NCBI GenBank assembly: GCA_943787795.1
Contig: CALSNU010000003.1
Span: 256,001-320,000 of the forward strand
From: an uncultured bacterium
GTDB lineage: Bacteria > Planctomycetota > UBA1135 > GCA-002686595
DNA: 64,000 nucleotides
Reading direction: 5' to 3'
The translations under genes and the position numbers were made by a program. The notes below the pieces were generated by a model, which was given only the letters and a program-made list of their open reading frames with translations, was not told where the DNA came from and did no database searches. Shown here in pieces: positions 46,000-54,673 of the stretch; the first letter of the stretch is position 1, and every line of letters starts with the position of its first letter.

Positions 46000-47562
46000 C
46001 TAGCAGTGGTTGCTGACGATGCGCTGGTCCTTGTGGCGCATGTCCCGGGTGGACACGCCGTGCAGGCTTGAGAAGTCCACCGAGTCAAGGAAGCTCAGAG
46101 CGGCGTTGAAGGACTCGAGGAGGTCCTCGGCCATGTCCCGGGTGAGGTTGCCTTTCACGACGATGCGGAACATGGACTGGTCCGCCTTCGCGTCGTGGAA
46201 GAGGGGCAGGGTGTCCTCGCTGATCGGATGCTCGTAGCTCATCTTGTAGCCGCTGACGTACCAGTGGTGCTGGGAGAGCACGTGCTGGAGGTCGATGTCA
46301 TCGAAGGTGAAGCCCGCGTCGGGGTTGAGCATCGCGGTGACCACCGGGAGGCAGTGCTCGTCGCCGTCATCCAGGAGGACGAAGCGCGGCTTGCCGTCGT
46401 GGTCCATGGCGCGTAGCCCGTCCCGCAGGAAGCTGGCGTTGCGCATCATGTTCTCCTCGCACTGGCGGTAGCCGGCCATGCCGAAGCGCAGCAGCTTGTA
46501 GAACTGCACGTAGACCCCGCTGGCGGGCCGTGAGAAGTTGAGCGTGTAGGAGTCGGCCTTGCCTCCGAGGTAGGTGACGGAGATCGCCACGTGCTCGCTG
46601 AGGTCGTGGCGCTCGCGCCAGACCACCCAGCCCGTGCCGCAGCAGGATTCCCCGTACTTGTGCCCGCTGGAGGAGATGGAGAGCACGTTCGCGAGGCGGA
46701 AGTCCCAGGCCGGCAGGTCATCCTGGAACGGCGCGATGAAGCCGCCGGAGGCGGCGTCCACGTGGATGCCGACCTGCCAGCCGTTGGCGCCGTTCACCTC
46801 GGTGACGACCTTGTCCACGTCCCATACGGGGTCGTACTGGCCGCCGTAGTGGTTGCCCATGATGCAGACCACGGCCATGGTCTTCTCGTCGATGGCCTCG
46901 CGGACGCCCTCCGGGTCGACCTTGAAGGTGTCGCGAGAGGGCGCGACAAGGCGGGGCTCGATGTCGAGGTACTTGAAGAGCTTCTCCCACGCCGCCTGGT
47001 AGCAGGTGGAGATCACGACGTTGGGCCGGATGGCGCGGACCTCGTCGTCGCTCAGCCCGTGGCGCTTCTGATACCAGGCGCGCCAGCGGAACTTGAGGGC
47101 GAGGCCTGCGAGCAGGCAGGCCTCGGTGGAGCCGACCGTGCCGGCGCCGGGGTAGACGCCATACTCGTCGAAGTCGTCGGGCTTGGGGCAGTTCCACAGG
47201 GTCGCGATCATGTTCACCACCGAGTCGTGGATCGCGTACGACTTGGGGTAGACGGTCTGGTCCGCGAGGTTGACCTGCAGCCCCATGAGCGCGACCTCCT
47301 CCTCCTCGGGCTCGAAGCTCACGTTCACGTACGACGACGTGTTGAGCTTCTGATCGAAGTCGAGGGAGTGGGCGTTCTCGATCAGGGTCTTGACGGTCTT
47401 GGCGGGCAGGCCGGCGTCGGGCATGTGCGCCTCGCCGGAGAGGTCATGCTCCGCCTCTTCCGAGAAGTAGTAGCTCGTATCGGCCTGCTGTCGGGTGCGG
47501 TGGAGCTCGTCGCGCAGGGCCGCGACCTCACGCTTCAGTTCGTCGATCTCGGTGTTGCTCAT
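46000..47562 (-). CDS. gadB: Glutamate decarboxylase (group II PLP decarboxylase)
   Basis: TVGSTEACLLAGLALKFRW, WEKLFKY, HVDAASGGFIAPF, WDFRL, SGHKYG (PLP lysine), YLGG and TLNFSRP. Confidence 0.9.
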   Translation of the reverse strand: MSNTEIDELKREVAALRDELHRTRQQADTSYYFSEEAEHDLSGEAHMPDAGLPAKTVKTLIENAHSLDFDQKLNTSSYVNVSFEPEEEEVALMGLQVNLADQTVYPKSYAIHDSVVNMIATLWNCPKPDDFDEYGVYPGAGTVGSTEACLLAGLALKFRWRAWYQKRHGLSDDEVRAIRPNVVISTCYQAAWEKLFKYLDIEPRLVAPSRDTFKVDPEGVREAIDEKTMAVVCIMGNHYGGQYDPVWDVDKVVTEVNGANGWQVGIHVDAASGGFIAPFQDDLPAWDFRLANVLSISSSGHKYGESCCGTGWVVWRERHDLSEHVAISVTYLGGKADSYTLNFSRPASGVYVQFYKLLRFGMAGYRQCEENMMRNASFLRDGLRAMDHDGKPRFVLLDDGDEHCLPVVTAMLNPDAGFTFDDIDLQHVLSQHHWYVSGYKMSYEHPISEDTLPLFHDAKADQSMFRIVVKGNLTRDMAEDLLESFNAALSFLDSVDFSSLHGVSTRDMRHKDQRIVSNHC

Positions 47563-47827
47563 GTGCGTGCGCCGTTGCGTCGGCGTGATCTCGATGGTGC
47601 GCCCCTGCTGCCACCTGCCTGGGCGCCGGCTGCCCGGTCGGGGCGGTGGCGTCAGGCGAGCGAGCGGGGAGACTGGATGGAGGGAGGCCTCAGGAGGCCG
47701 GATGAGGAGACCCGGGGGGAAGGCCCAGGCAGAGAGGCTCGTGCAGAAGGCCCTGGAGCCAGAGGGGTGGAGAGAATTTTGAAGGGAGAGGGGCGAGGCG
47801 GCCGGGACGGGCCGCCGCCGCGGGTGC

Positions 47828-48763
47828 TCAGCTGTCGGCGTCGATGTACGCGTCGATCACGGCTCGCTCGCCTTCCTTTCCGCCGGAGGCGTTGCCGTGC
47901 TCCATGCCGACGATACCGGTGTAGCCCTTCTTCTTCAGATGGCGGAAGACGTTGCGATACCCGATCTCGCCGGTGCCGGGCTCCTTGCGCCCAGGGTTAT
48001 CGCCGACCTGGATGTAGGCGATCTCGCTCCAGGAGCGGTCGAGGTTCGGGATGAGGTTCCCCTCGGTGATCTGCTGGTGGTAGAGGTCGTCCAGGATCTT
48101 GACCGAGGGCGAGTCGACCGCCCGGCAGATCATGTACGCCTGGGGCATGCCGCGCAGCATGAGCCCGGGATGATCGCGCCAGGGGTTGAGGGGCTCGAGG
48201 ACGGCGACAAGGCCGGCGGGCTCCAGGATCTCCGCGGCGAAGCGCAGGTTGTCGATGGCGTTGGCCATCTGGTACTCGTGGGGCACGTTTCGCTTCATGG
48301 CGCCCGGGACGACGGTGCACCACTTTGCGTTGACGCGCTTGGCCACCTCCACCGAGCGCTTCATGTCCGCCTCGATGCGCTCACGGGCCTTGGCGGGGGG
48401 CTCCACGAAGGTCGGGTTGCGCATGTCCACGTGGGCCACGAAGACGCCCATGGCCATGTCCATCTCGGCCATCGCGGCGGCCACGCGATCCTGGGTCGCG
48501 TCGTCCCGGCCCTTCATCCCGTTGTCCTCGAGGGCGGTGAAGCCCTCGTCCTTCATGAAGCGCAGCTGGTCCACCAGATCGTCGCCAGCGTGGGCACGGA
48601 ACATCCCGAAGTGGGGGGCGTAGCGCAGGCCGAATCCCTGGGCGGGGCGCGCAGGGGGTGATGTGCTGAGTCGCTCACTCCCGAGGGCGGAGGCGAACAC
48701 GGAGGGCGCTGCGGCGGTGGCCGCGGCTGCGGCGGCTCCGCGGAGAAAGTGGCGTCGTTGCAT
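47828..48763 (-). CDS. Tat-exported hydroxypyruvate isomerase / xylose isomerase-like TIM barrel protein
   Basis: MQRRHFLRG Tat motif; LEPLN, DLYHQQITEGNLI, DNPGRKEPGTGEI and GMEH. Confidence 0.85.
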   Translation of the reverse strand: MQRRHFLRGAAAAAATAAAPSVFASALGSERLSTSPPARPAQGFGLRYAPHFGMFRAHAGDDLVDQLRFMKDEGFTALEDNGMKGRDDATQDRVAAAMAEMDMAMGVFVAHVDMRNPTFVEPPAKARERIEADMKRSVEVAKRVNAKWCTVVPGAMKRNVPHEYQMANAIDNLRFAAEILEPAGLVAVLEPLNPWRDHPGLMLRGMPQAYMICRAVDSPSVKILDDLYHQQITEGNLIPNLDRSWSEIAYIQVGDNPGRKEPGTGEIGYRNVFRHLKKKGYTGIVGMEHGNASGGKEGERAVIDAYIDADS

Positions 48764-48976
48764 GGGGAAGGGGGCGGGAGAGGGGACCTGAGCGCACACC
48801 GTACACGGCGCGGGCGATTCGGCGCGGCACACGGTTTGTAACCAGACCTCCCGCGACTACCCTTACGCGCCCCAACTGGAGCCTGGCGGATCCGTAGGCC
48901 CACGCTCCACCCCAACGGATGCCGGGCAGATCGAGCATCCAGGCCCAGACTCCAAACCGAGCACCCCCACCAGACC

Positions 48977-50271
48977 ATGATCGAAGTGGCCAACCTGACC
49001 CGCCGGTACGGCGCGCTGACCGCCGTCGACGACCTCAGCTTCGAGGTCGGCCGCGGCGAGGTCGTCGGGTTCCTCGGTCCCAATGGTGCCGGCAAGACCA
49101 CCACCATCCGGATCCTCGCGGGCTACCTGGCGGCCACCAAGGCGGAGCGCCTCGTGGTGGCTGGGCACGACGTGCAGCGGGACTCCATGGGCGTGCGCCG
49201 TTCGATCGGGTACCTCCCGGAGTCGGTCCCGCTCTATCCCGAGCTGCGAGTCGTGGAGATGATGCGCTTTCAGGGGCGACTGCATCGCATGGACCGACAC
49301 ACCATGCGAAGCCGCATCCCCGAGGTGCTCGAGCGGGTCGGCGTCCAGGACCGTGGGAAGCAGCTGGTGGGGACCCTCTCCCGCGGACTCAAGCAGCGAG
49401 TCGGTCTCGCCGTGGCGCTGCTGCCCGACCCGGAGGTCCTCGTCCTCGACGAGCCGACGAGCGGGCTGGACCCCATCCAGCGCGGCGAGGTTCGGGATCT
49501 GATTCACTCTCTCGCTGACGACCGCACCGTGCTGTTGTCCTCGCACATCCTCGCAGAGGTCGAGTCGGTGGCCCCCCGAGTGATCATTCTCCACGAGGGC
49601 CGTAAGGTCGCCGATGGGAAGCCCGCAGAGCTCGCCGCCTCGCTCGGGGGCGGCGGCCACGTGGCGGTCGAGGTCATGGGTGCGGCGTCCGCCGAGGACA
49701 TGGCCTCGCTGATCGGCACCCTCCCCGGCGTGGAGTCGGTGGCGACGGGCGATCGCGTCGGGATCCACCAGTCGTTTCAGGTGCGCGGGGAGGGGGACCT
49801 CCGGGAGGACATCGGCGCCCTCGCCATGACCCAGAGCTGGGCCCTTCGGGAGCTCTCCTGGCAGCGCCCGACCCTGGAGCAGCTGTTCACCCGGCTCGTG
49901 ACGGGCCGCAGCCTCGACGACCTGACTGGCCCGGGGGCTGCGTCGCTCACCGGAGCGGGAGCACCGTCTCCGGTCGCAGCGAGCGAGTTGGCCTCGCCCC
50001 CGCCGCCGCTGACGCCGCCGCTGCCGACGCCGCTGCCCCCGACGCGGGGGTCCCTGCGTCGGGCCTGGAGCTCTCTCAGGCCCCGACCGAGACCTCGCCG
50101 CTGCCGCTGGGGACGCCTGGGAACACGGGCTCGAAGATCATCTACAGCCTCAACCCGTTCGACCGGGGGGCGTCGCGTGATCTCTCGAAGCCCGTCTCGG
50201 TGGATGCGCCGGCCAATGAGGCCAGCGGGGCGGGGGACGAAGCGGACGATTCGGGCGAGGGCGAGTCATGA
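48977..50271 (+). CDS. ABC transporter ATP-binding protein (GldA-like); one base apparently missing near 49997-50001 in the low-complexity tail
   Basis: GPNGAGKTT, LSRGLKQRV, LDEPTSGLDP and SSH. The alternative-frame tail ends in a TGA overlapping the next ATG (ATGA 50268-50271). As written, the ORF ends at 50305. Confidence 0.88.
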
Positions 50272-51056
50272 TCGGCACCTTCACCGTCGCTCGCCGGGAG
50301 CTTAGCGGCCTGTTCATGGCTCCGTTCACGTGGGTCATCCTCCTCGTGGTGCTGTTCCTCAACGGGCTGCTCTTCTCGAACACCCTGTATCAGACCCAGT
50401 TCAACGTCACGGCCTCGCTCACCGACGCCATGACGGGCGCGAGCTTTTGGCTCTGGATGATCTTCCTGCCGGCGCTGCTGTCCATGCGGCTGGTCGCCGA
50501 GGAGTCGCGGAGCGGCACCCTGGAGTACCTGCTCACCGCGCCGGTCAGCGACGCGGCGGTTGTGGTGGGGAAGTTCCTCGCCGCCACCGGCTTCCTGGCC
50601 GTGATCTGGTCGTCCTCCCTGATCTACGCCTTGTCCCTGCACCTCGCCGGTGGGCCGCCGGACTGGCCCGCGGTGCTCGGGACGTGGTTCGGGACCATCC
50701 TGGTGTCGGGGCTGTTCGTCTCCATCGGAATGCTGGCCGCGACCCTCACGTCGACGCCGCTGCTGGCCGCCTTCCTGAGCATGATCGCCTGCCTGATGTG
50801 GATCGCGCTCCCCTTCCTCGCCTCGCAGCTCATGCTCTACCTGGTGCCGCTCCTCACCTCCTCGGCGGAGGGGCAGGCCGCCCTGACGGATCTGATGGGG
50901 AACATCGTGGCGAGCATGGACGCCCTCCGGCACTTCGGGCGCTCGTTCCAGCTGGGTGTCCTCGATAGCTCCGAGCTGGTCTTCTTCCTGACCTGGATCA
51001 GCTTCTTCCTCTTCCTCACGGCGCGCTCCATCGAGGCCCGGAGGTGGCGAGGATGA
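50268..51056 (+). CDS. ABC-2 permease (GldF-like)
   Basis: ARRELSGLF, SMRLVAEESRSGTLEYLLTAPV and VGKFLA; six TMs. Confidence 0.88.
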   Translation: MIGTFTVARRELSGLFMAPFTWVILLVVLFLNGLLFSNTLYQTQFNVTASLTDAMTGASFWLWMIFLPALLSMRLVAEESRSGTLEYLLTAPVSDAAVVVGKFLAATGFLAVIWSSSLIYALSLHLAGGPPDWPAVLGTWFGTILVSGLFVSIGMLAATLTSTPLLAAFLSMIACLMWIALPFLASQLMLYLVPLLTSSAEGQAALTDLMGNIVASMDALRHFGRSFQLGVLDSSELVFFLTWISFFLFLTARSIEARRWRG

Positions 51057-52663
51057 GCGGCTCCAACGCACGGGTCGGCGGCCTCTCGCGGTTCGGGATT
51101 GGCGTCCAGGTGTTCCTCACCGTCGTCCTCGCCCTGGCCGCGCTGCTGCTGGTGAACTGGCTCGTGGCGAGGCCCGGACTCCGTCACCGGATCGACCTCA
51201 CCTCGGCGGGCAGCAACACCCTCTCCACGGCGAGCCTGGGGGTGTTGGAGCAGCTGGAATCGGACATCCAGGTGGACATCCTCTTCCGACCGATGGACGC
51301 GCCGCTGACGGCGCTCGGCCAGGAGGTCCTGGTCCGCACCGATCGACTGCTGGTGATGATGGAGGAGGCCGCCGCGGGCCGCGTCGCGATCCAGGCGGTC
51401 GACACCGCGGATCAGGAGGCCTGGCGCGTCCGGCAGCAGCAGCTGCGCCTTCGGGGCTACGAGAACGGGCTCGTCATCTCCAACGGGGAGCGCCGCGAGT
51501 TCCTGGCCATGTCGGGGGACCTCGCGGTGTTCGACCTCGGCAACCCCGTGGCGAAGCTGCCCCCCAAGGTCGTGGAGTTCGATGCCGAGCGGGCCATCAT
51601 CGGGGCGATCCTGGACGTGACGAAGGGGGCCGAACGGCACGTCTATTTCACCCACGGGTTCGGCGAGCCCGACGCCCTGGAGAGCGTCGACCCATTCGGG
51701 CTGGGGCTGCTCTCGGAGGAGCTCGAGGGGGACGGACTGCGGGTGCACCGCTGGAACTACCTCGAGGATGGCCCCTTGCCCGAGGACTGCGACGCCGTGG
51801 CAGTGGTCGGGCCGGATGTCGCTTGGCCGGAGGACATGTACGCCGAGGTCGTGAGCTACGTGGAGGCCGGCGGGCGCCTCCTGGTGGCCCCGGCGGTGGA
51901 TGCTGAGGGCCTCCGCAACAGCGTCGTTCCTGACCTCCTGGAGCACTTCGGGCTGGAGGTCAGCGAGGGGCGCGTCGCGGGCGCGTTCTATTCGCAGCGT
52001 GGAATCCTCGTTGAAGGGGGCGACCCCCGGTGCGAGTGGAACGTCGTGACGCCGGACCTCATGAGCCGGCACCCGATCCTGCGCGCCATGCGGACCGCAG
52101 GGGAGGCCTTCCAGTTCAACTACTCCCATCGGATCCAGGTGGGTCTGCAGCCAGAGGATGGCGTGGCGCAGAACCTGTTCATGTCCTCCCCGGCCTCCTG
52201 GCTGGATGCTCCGCCCGGTGACCGATATCACGACCCCGCGTTGGACGGGACGTTCCGTTCCTTCCCTCTCGCGGCCACGGTCCACAGGCCGCCGATGGTG
52301 GAGGTCGACGCGCCCAAGGGGCTGGAGGTCGACCCCAAGATCCGGATCGTGGCGCTGGGCTCGCAGTTCATGCTCTCCAACACCGCCCTCGGGGAACCTT
52401 CGATGCGCGCTGCGGACCTCTTCCGTGCCGCCTTCAACTGGCTGCTCGATCGGGAGCACCGGATCGTCATGGAGGAGAAGGGCGCCGACCTGCGGTACCT
52501 CCCCCTCGATCGACCCGAGGGCGCGGTCTGGGTCATGAATGTTGCCCAGTACTACCTCCCCCTGGGCGCGCTCCTGGCGGGCGCCTTGGTGTGGTGGCGC
52601 CGCATGCGCGGCAGCCGGCGAGTGATCGCTAAGACGCCCAACTCCGAGGGAGACGCGAGATGA
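51053..52663 (+). CDS. GldG-like ABC auxiliary membrane protein
   Basis: N-terminal TM, RIDLT....TLS, VYFTHGFGE and a C-terminal TM ending WWRR. Confidence 0.8.
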   Translation: MSGSNARVGGLSRFGIGVQVFLTVVLALAALLLVNWLVARPGLRHRIDLTSAGSNTLSTASLGVLEQLESDIQVDILFRPMDAPLTALGQEVLVRTDRLLVMMEEAAAGRVAIQAVDTADQEAWRVRQQQLRLRGYENGLVISNGERREFLAMSGDLAVFDLGNPVAKLPPKVVEFDAERAIIGAILDVTKGAERHVYFTHGFGEPDALESVDPFGLGLLSEELEGDGLRVHRWNYLEDGPLPEDCDAVAVVGPDVAWPEDMYAEVVSYVEAGGRLLVAPAVDAEGLRNSVVPDLLEHFGLEVSEGRVAGAFYSQRGILVEGGDPRCEWNVVTPDLMSRHPILRAMRTAGEAFQFNYSHRIQVGLQPEDGVAQNLFMSSPASWLDAPPGDRYHDPALDGTFRSFPLAATVHRPPMVEVDAPKGLEVDPKIRIVALGSQFMLSNTALGEPSMRAADLFRAAFNWLLDREHRIVMEEKGADLRYLPLDRPEGAVWVMNVAQYYLPLGALLAGALVWWRRMRGSRRVIAKTPNSEGDAR

Positions 52664-54450
52664 ATCGCCTGACCACACTGATCCTCCTCGTCGCGGTCCT
52701 CGCCCTCGGCGCGGTCGCTTACCTGCAGACCGAGCGCGAGGCCCAGACGGGCCCGGCCGACGGTGCCTCGGAGGCGCTCTTCCCCGGCGTGGACCGGAGC
52801 CGGCTCGCCGCGATTCGGCTCGAGGACATCAAGGGCTCGATGCACCTGCGCTTCGAGCGCGACGTGGCGGGGCAGTGGTTCATCACCGACCCCATCGCCT
52901 GGCCTGCGGAGCAGAACCAGGTCCTTGAGATCGTGGAGGTGGTCCTGCGCAACCGCGTGGTGGCGGTCCCGGAGGCCCTCGTGGAGCAAGCGAGCAGGTC
53001 CTTCGAGCCGCCCGAGGGCTTCATCGAGGTGGAGGAGGAGATCGAGGGCGGCGAACCTCGCCGCACGCGCGTCGAGCTCGGCGCCGTGGACCTCGACGGC
53101 ATGCGCGTCTATGTGCGCCGCGACGGCAAGATCTACCGGACCCTCCGGAACTTCGAGACGCCCTTCACGCTGGGCCTCAACGAGTACCGCTCCAAGCGCA
53201 TCTTCGCGCTCCGGGCGGATGAGGTCGTGGCCCTCGAACGCATCGGTGGGTGGTACGACCAGGGTGAGCAGCAGGGCCTCGGGATGCGGGCCTTCCGCGC
53301 AGGGGCTGGCTGGCGGATTGATGCTCCCTCCCAGGCCCAGGGGGACCCGGAGCTCTTCACGCTTTGGACCCGCTTCTTGAACCGGCTAGAGGCCAAGAGG
53401 ATCGCGAGCGATCGCTCCGACGTGGACCTCGCGCTCTTCGGCCTGGATGCCCCGTGGATGTCGATCAGCGCGACGTCATTGAGCGGGGTCGTGCAGACCA
53501 TCCAGGTCGCCTCCGAGGAGGGGCGGGTCTTCTGCCGGCGCGGAGAAGAGAAGGCCGTCTTCGAGCTGGAACCGCTCGATGTGCTCCGCTTGCGCGAGCC
53601 CGTGACCAGCTTTCTGGAGGGCCAATTCGTGCGCTTCAAGCGGGATGAGCTCAAGGAGATCCTGATCGGGCGGGGCGCGCGCTCCGTTCGCCTTCGACCC
53701 GTGGGAGACGGCTGGTCCGTCTCCAGGCGATCAGAGGGGGTCGCGGAGTATTCGGCGGACCTCCCCGGGGACCGCCGTCGAATCGAGGATCTGATCTCGA
53801 CCCTCGAGGACGCGCCGGTGGTGCAGTACTTCATCGACACGGACGGGAGTGAGTTCTTCCCCGTGGGTTCCCGGGACCGTGGCGTCTGGGTGGAGACCGT
53901 GGACGGCCTCGTTCAAGGCGGCGCCATCGCCAAGGCGACTCGCAACGCCGAGGGGACGGAGGTGCTCCCGCTCCTGCGGGACGGAGACAAGATCATGGGG
54001 GCGCTGGATCCGACCTTCGCCGAGATCCTCGAGTTGCCCTTCGAGAGCCTCCTCGACCGAGAGCTCTGGACCCTCTCCAATGTTCGGCTGCGACAGCTTC
54101 GAATCCAGCAGGACGGGAGGGCTCGCGAGTGGGTCCGGGCCAACTCCTTCGACTGGCGTCCGAAGGGCACCAAGATCCCCGCGAGGGAGCTCGACCCTGT
54201 GCTCGATCACCTGCTCTTCCTGAAGGCCGAGCGGCACATCGCCGAAGGCGAGCGAGAGGAGCTCTTGAGCCCCGTCGAGGTGCGCTTTGTCGGGGGGGAC
54301 GGCGAGGTCCACGAGGCTCGCTTCGGCCGGACAGCGAGCGGGGAAGCCCAGGTTCAGCTCGGCGCGCTACGGGCCGTGCTGTCCCGGCAAGAGCTGCTCG
54401 GGGACCTGCAGGCCATCGTGGACCGCAAGCCGGACCGGCCGGGTGACTGA
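52660..54450 (+). CDS. DUF4340-like membrane-anchored protein
   Basis: N-terminal anchor, repeated W.I..P modules and FGLDAP; usual position after GldG-like genes. Confidence 0.7.
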   Translation: MNRLTTLILLVAVLALGAVAYLQTEREAQTGPADGASEALFPGVDRSRLAAIRLEDIKGSMHLRFERDVAGQWFITDPIAWPAEQNQVLEIVEVVLRNRVVAVPEALVEQASRSFEPPEGFIEVEEEIEGGEPRRTRVELGAVDLDGMRVYVRRDGKIYRTLRNFETPFTLGLNEYRSKRIFALRADEVVALERIGGWYDQGEQQGLGMRAFRAGAGWRIDAPSQAQGDPELFTLWTRFLNRLEAKRIASDRSDVDLALFGLDAPWMSISATSLSGVVQTIQVASEEGRVFCRRGEEKAVFELEPLDVLRLREPVTSFLEGQFVRFKRDELKEILIGRGARSVRLRPVGDGWSVSRRSEGVAEYSADLPGDRRRIEDLISTLEDAPVVQYFIDTDGSEFFPVGSRDRGVWVETVDGLVQGGAIAKATRNAEGTEVLPLLRDGDKIMGALDPTFAEILELPFESLLDRELWTLSNVRLRQLRIQQDGRAREWVRANSFDWRPKGTKIPARELDPVLDHLLFLKAERHIAEGEREELLSPVEVRFVGGDGEVHEARFGRTASGEAQVQLGALRAVLSRQELLGDLQAIVDRKPDRPGD

Positions 54451-54673
54451 CCGGGTGGCGGACCGTATGACGGACCGGCTGCCTGGCCGGGTGGCCGATC
54501 GTTGGGTCCAGCGGCTGGTGGGCCCGGCGACGGACGGGCTGGGAGAAAGAGCGGCGGAGCGGCAGGCGGGCAGCCCTGTGGGGCCGCCGGAGGAGTGAGG
54601 GCGAGCGGCTCCGGGCGAGATCGCGGCCCAGGTCCTTCCCTGTAGCGACCGGCCTCCCTACCATATCCCTAAC

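Noticed and set aside
48977..54450. Gliding motility machinery
   Set aside because: GldA/F/G-like ABC modules are widespread in non-gliding bacteria, and no gldK-N or sprA genes are present here.
54287..54598. 103 aa ORF spanning the 12 bp decayed repeat
   Set aside because: It overlaps the DUF4340-like gene out of frame, and its remainder is just the translated repeat.
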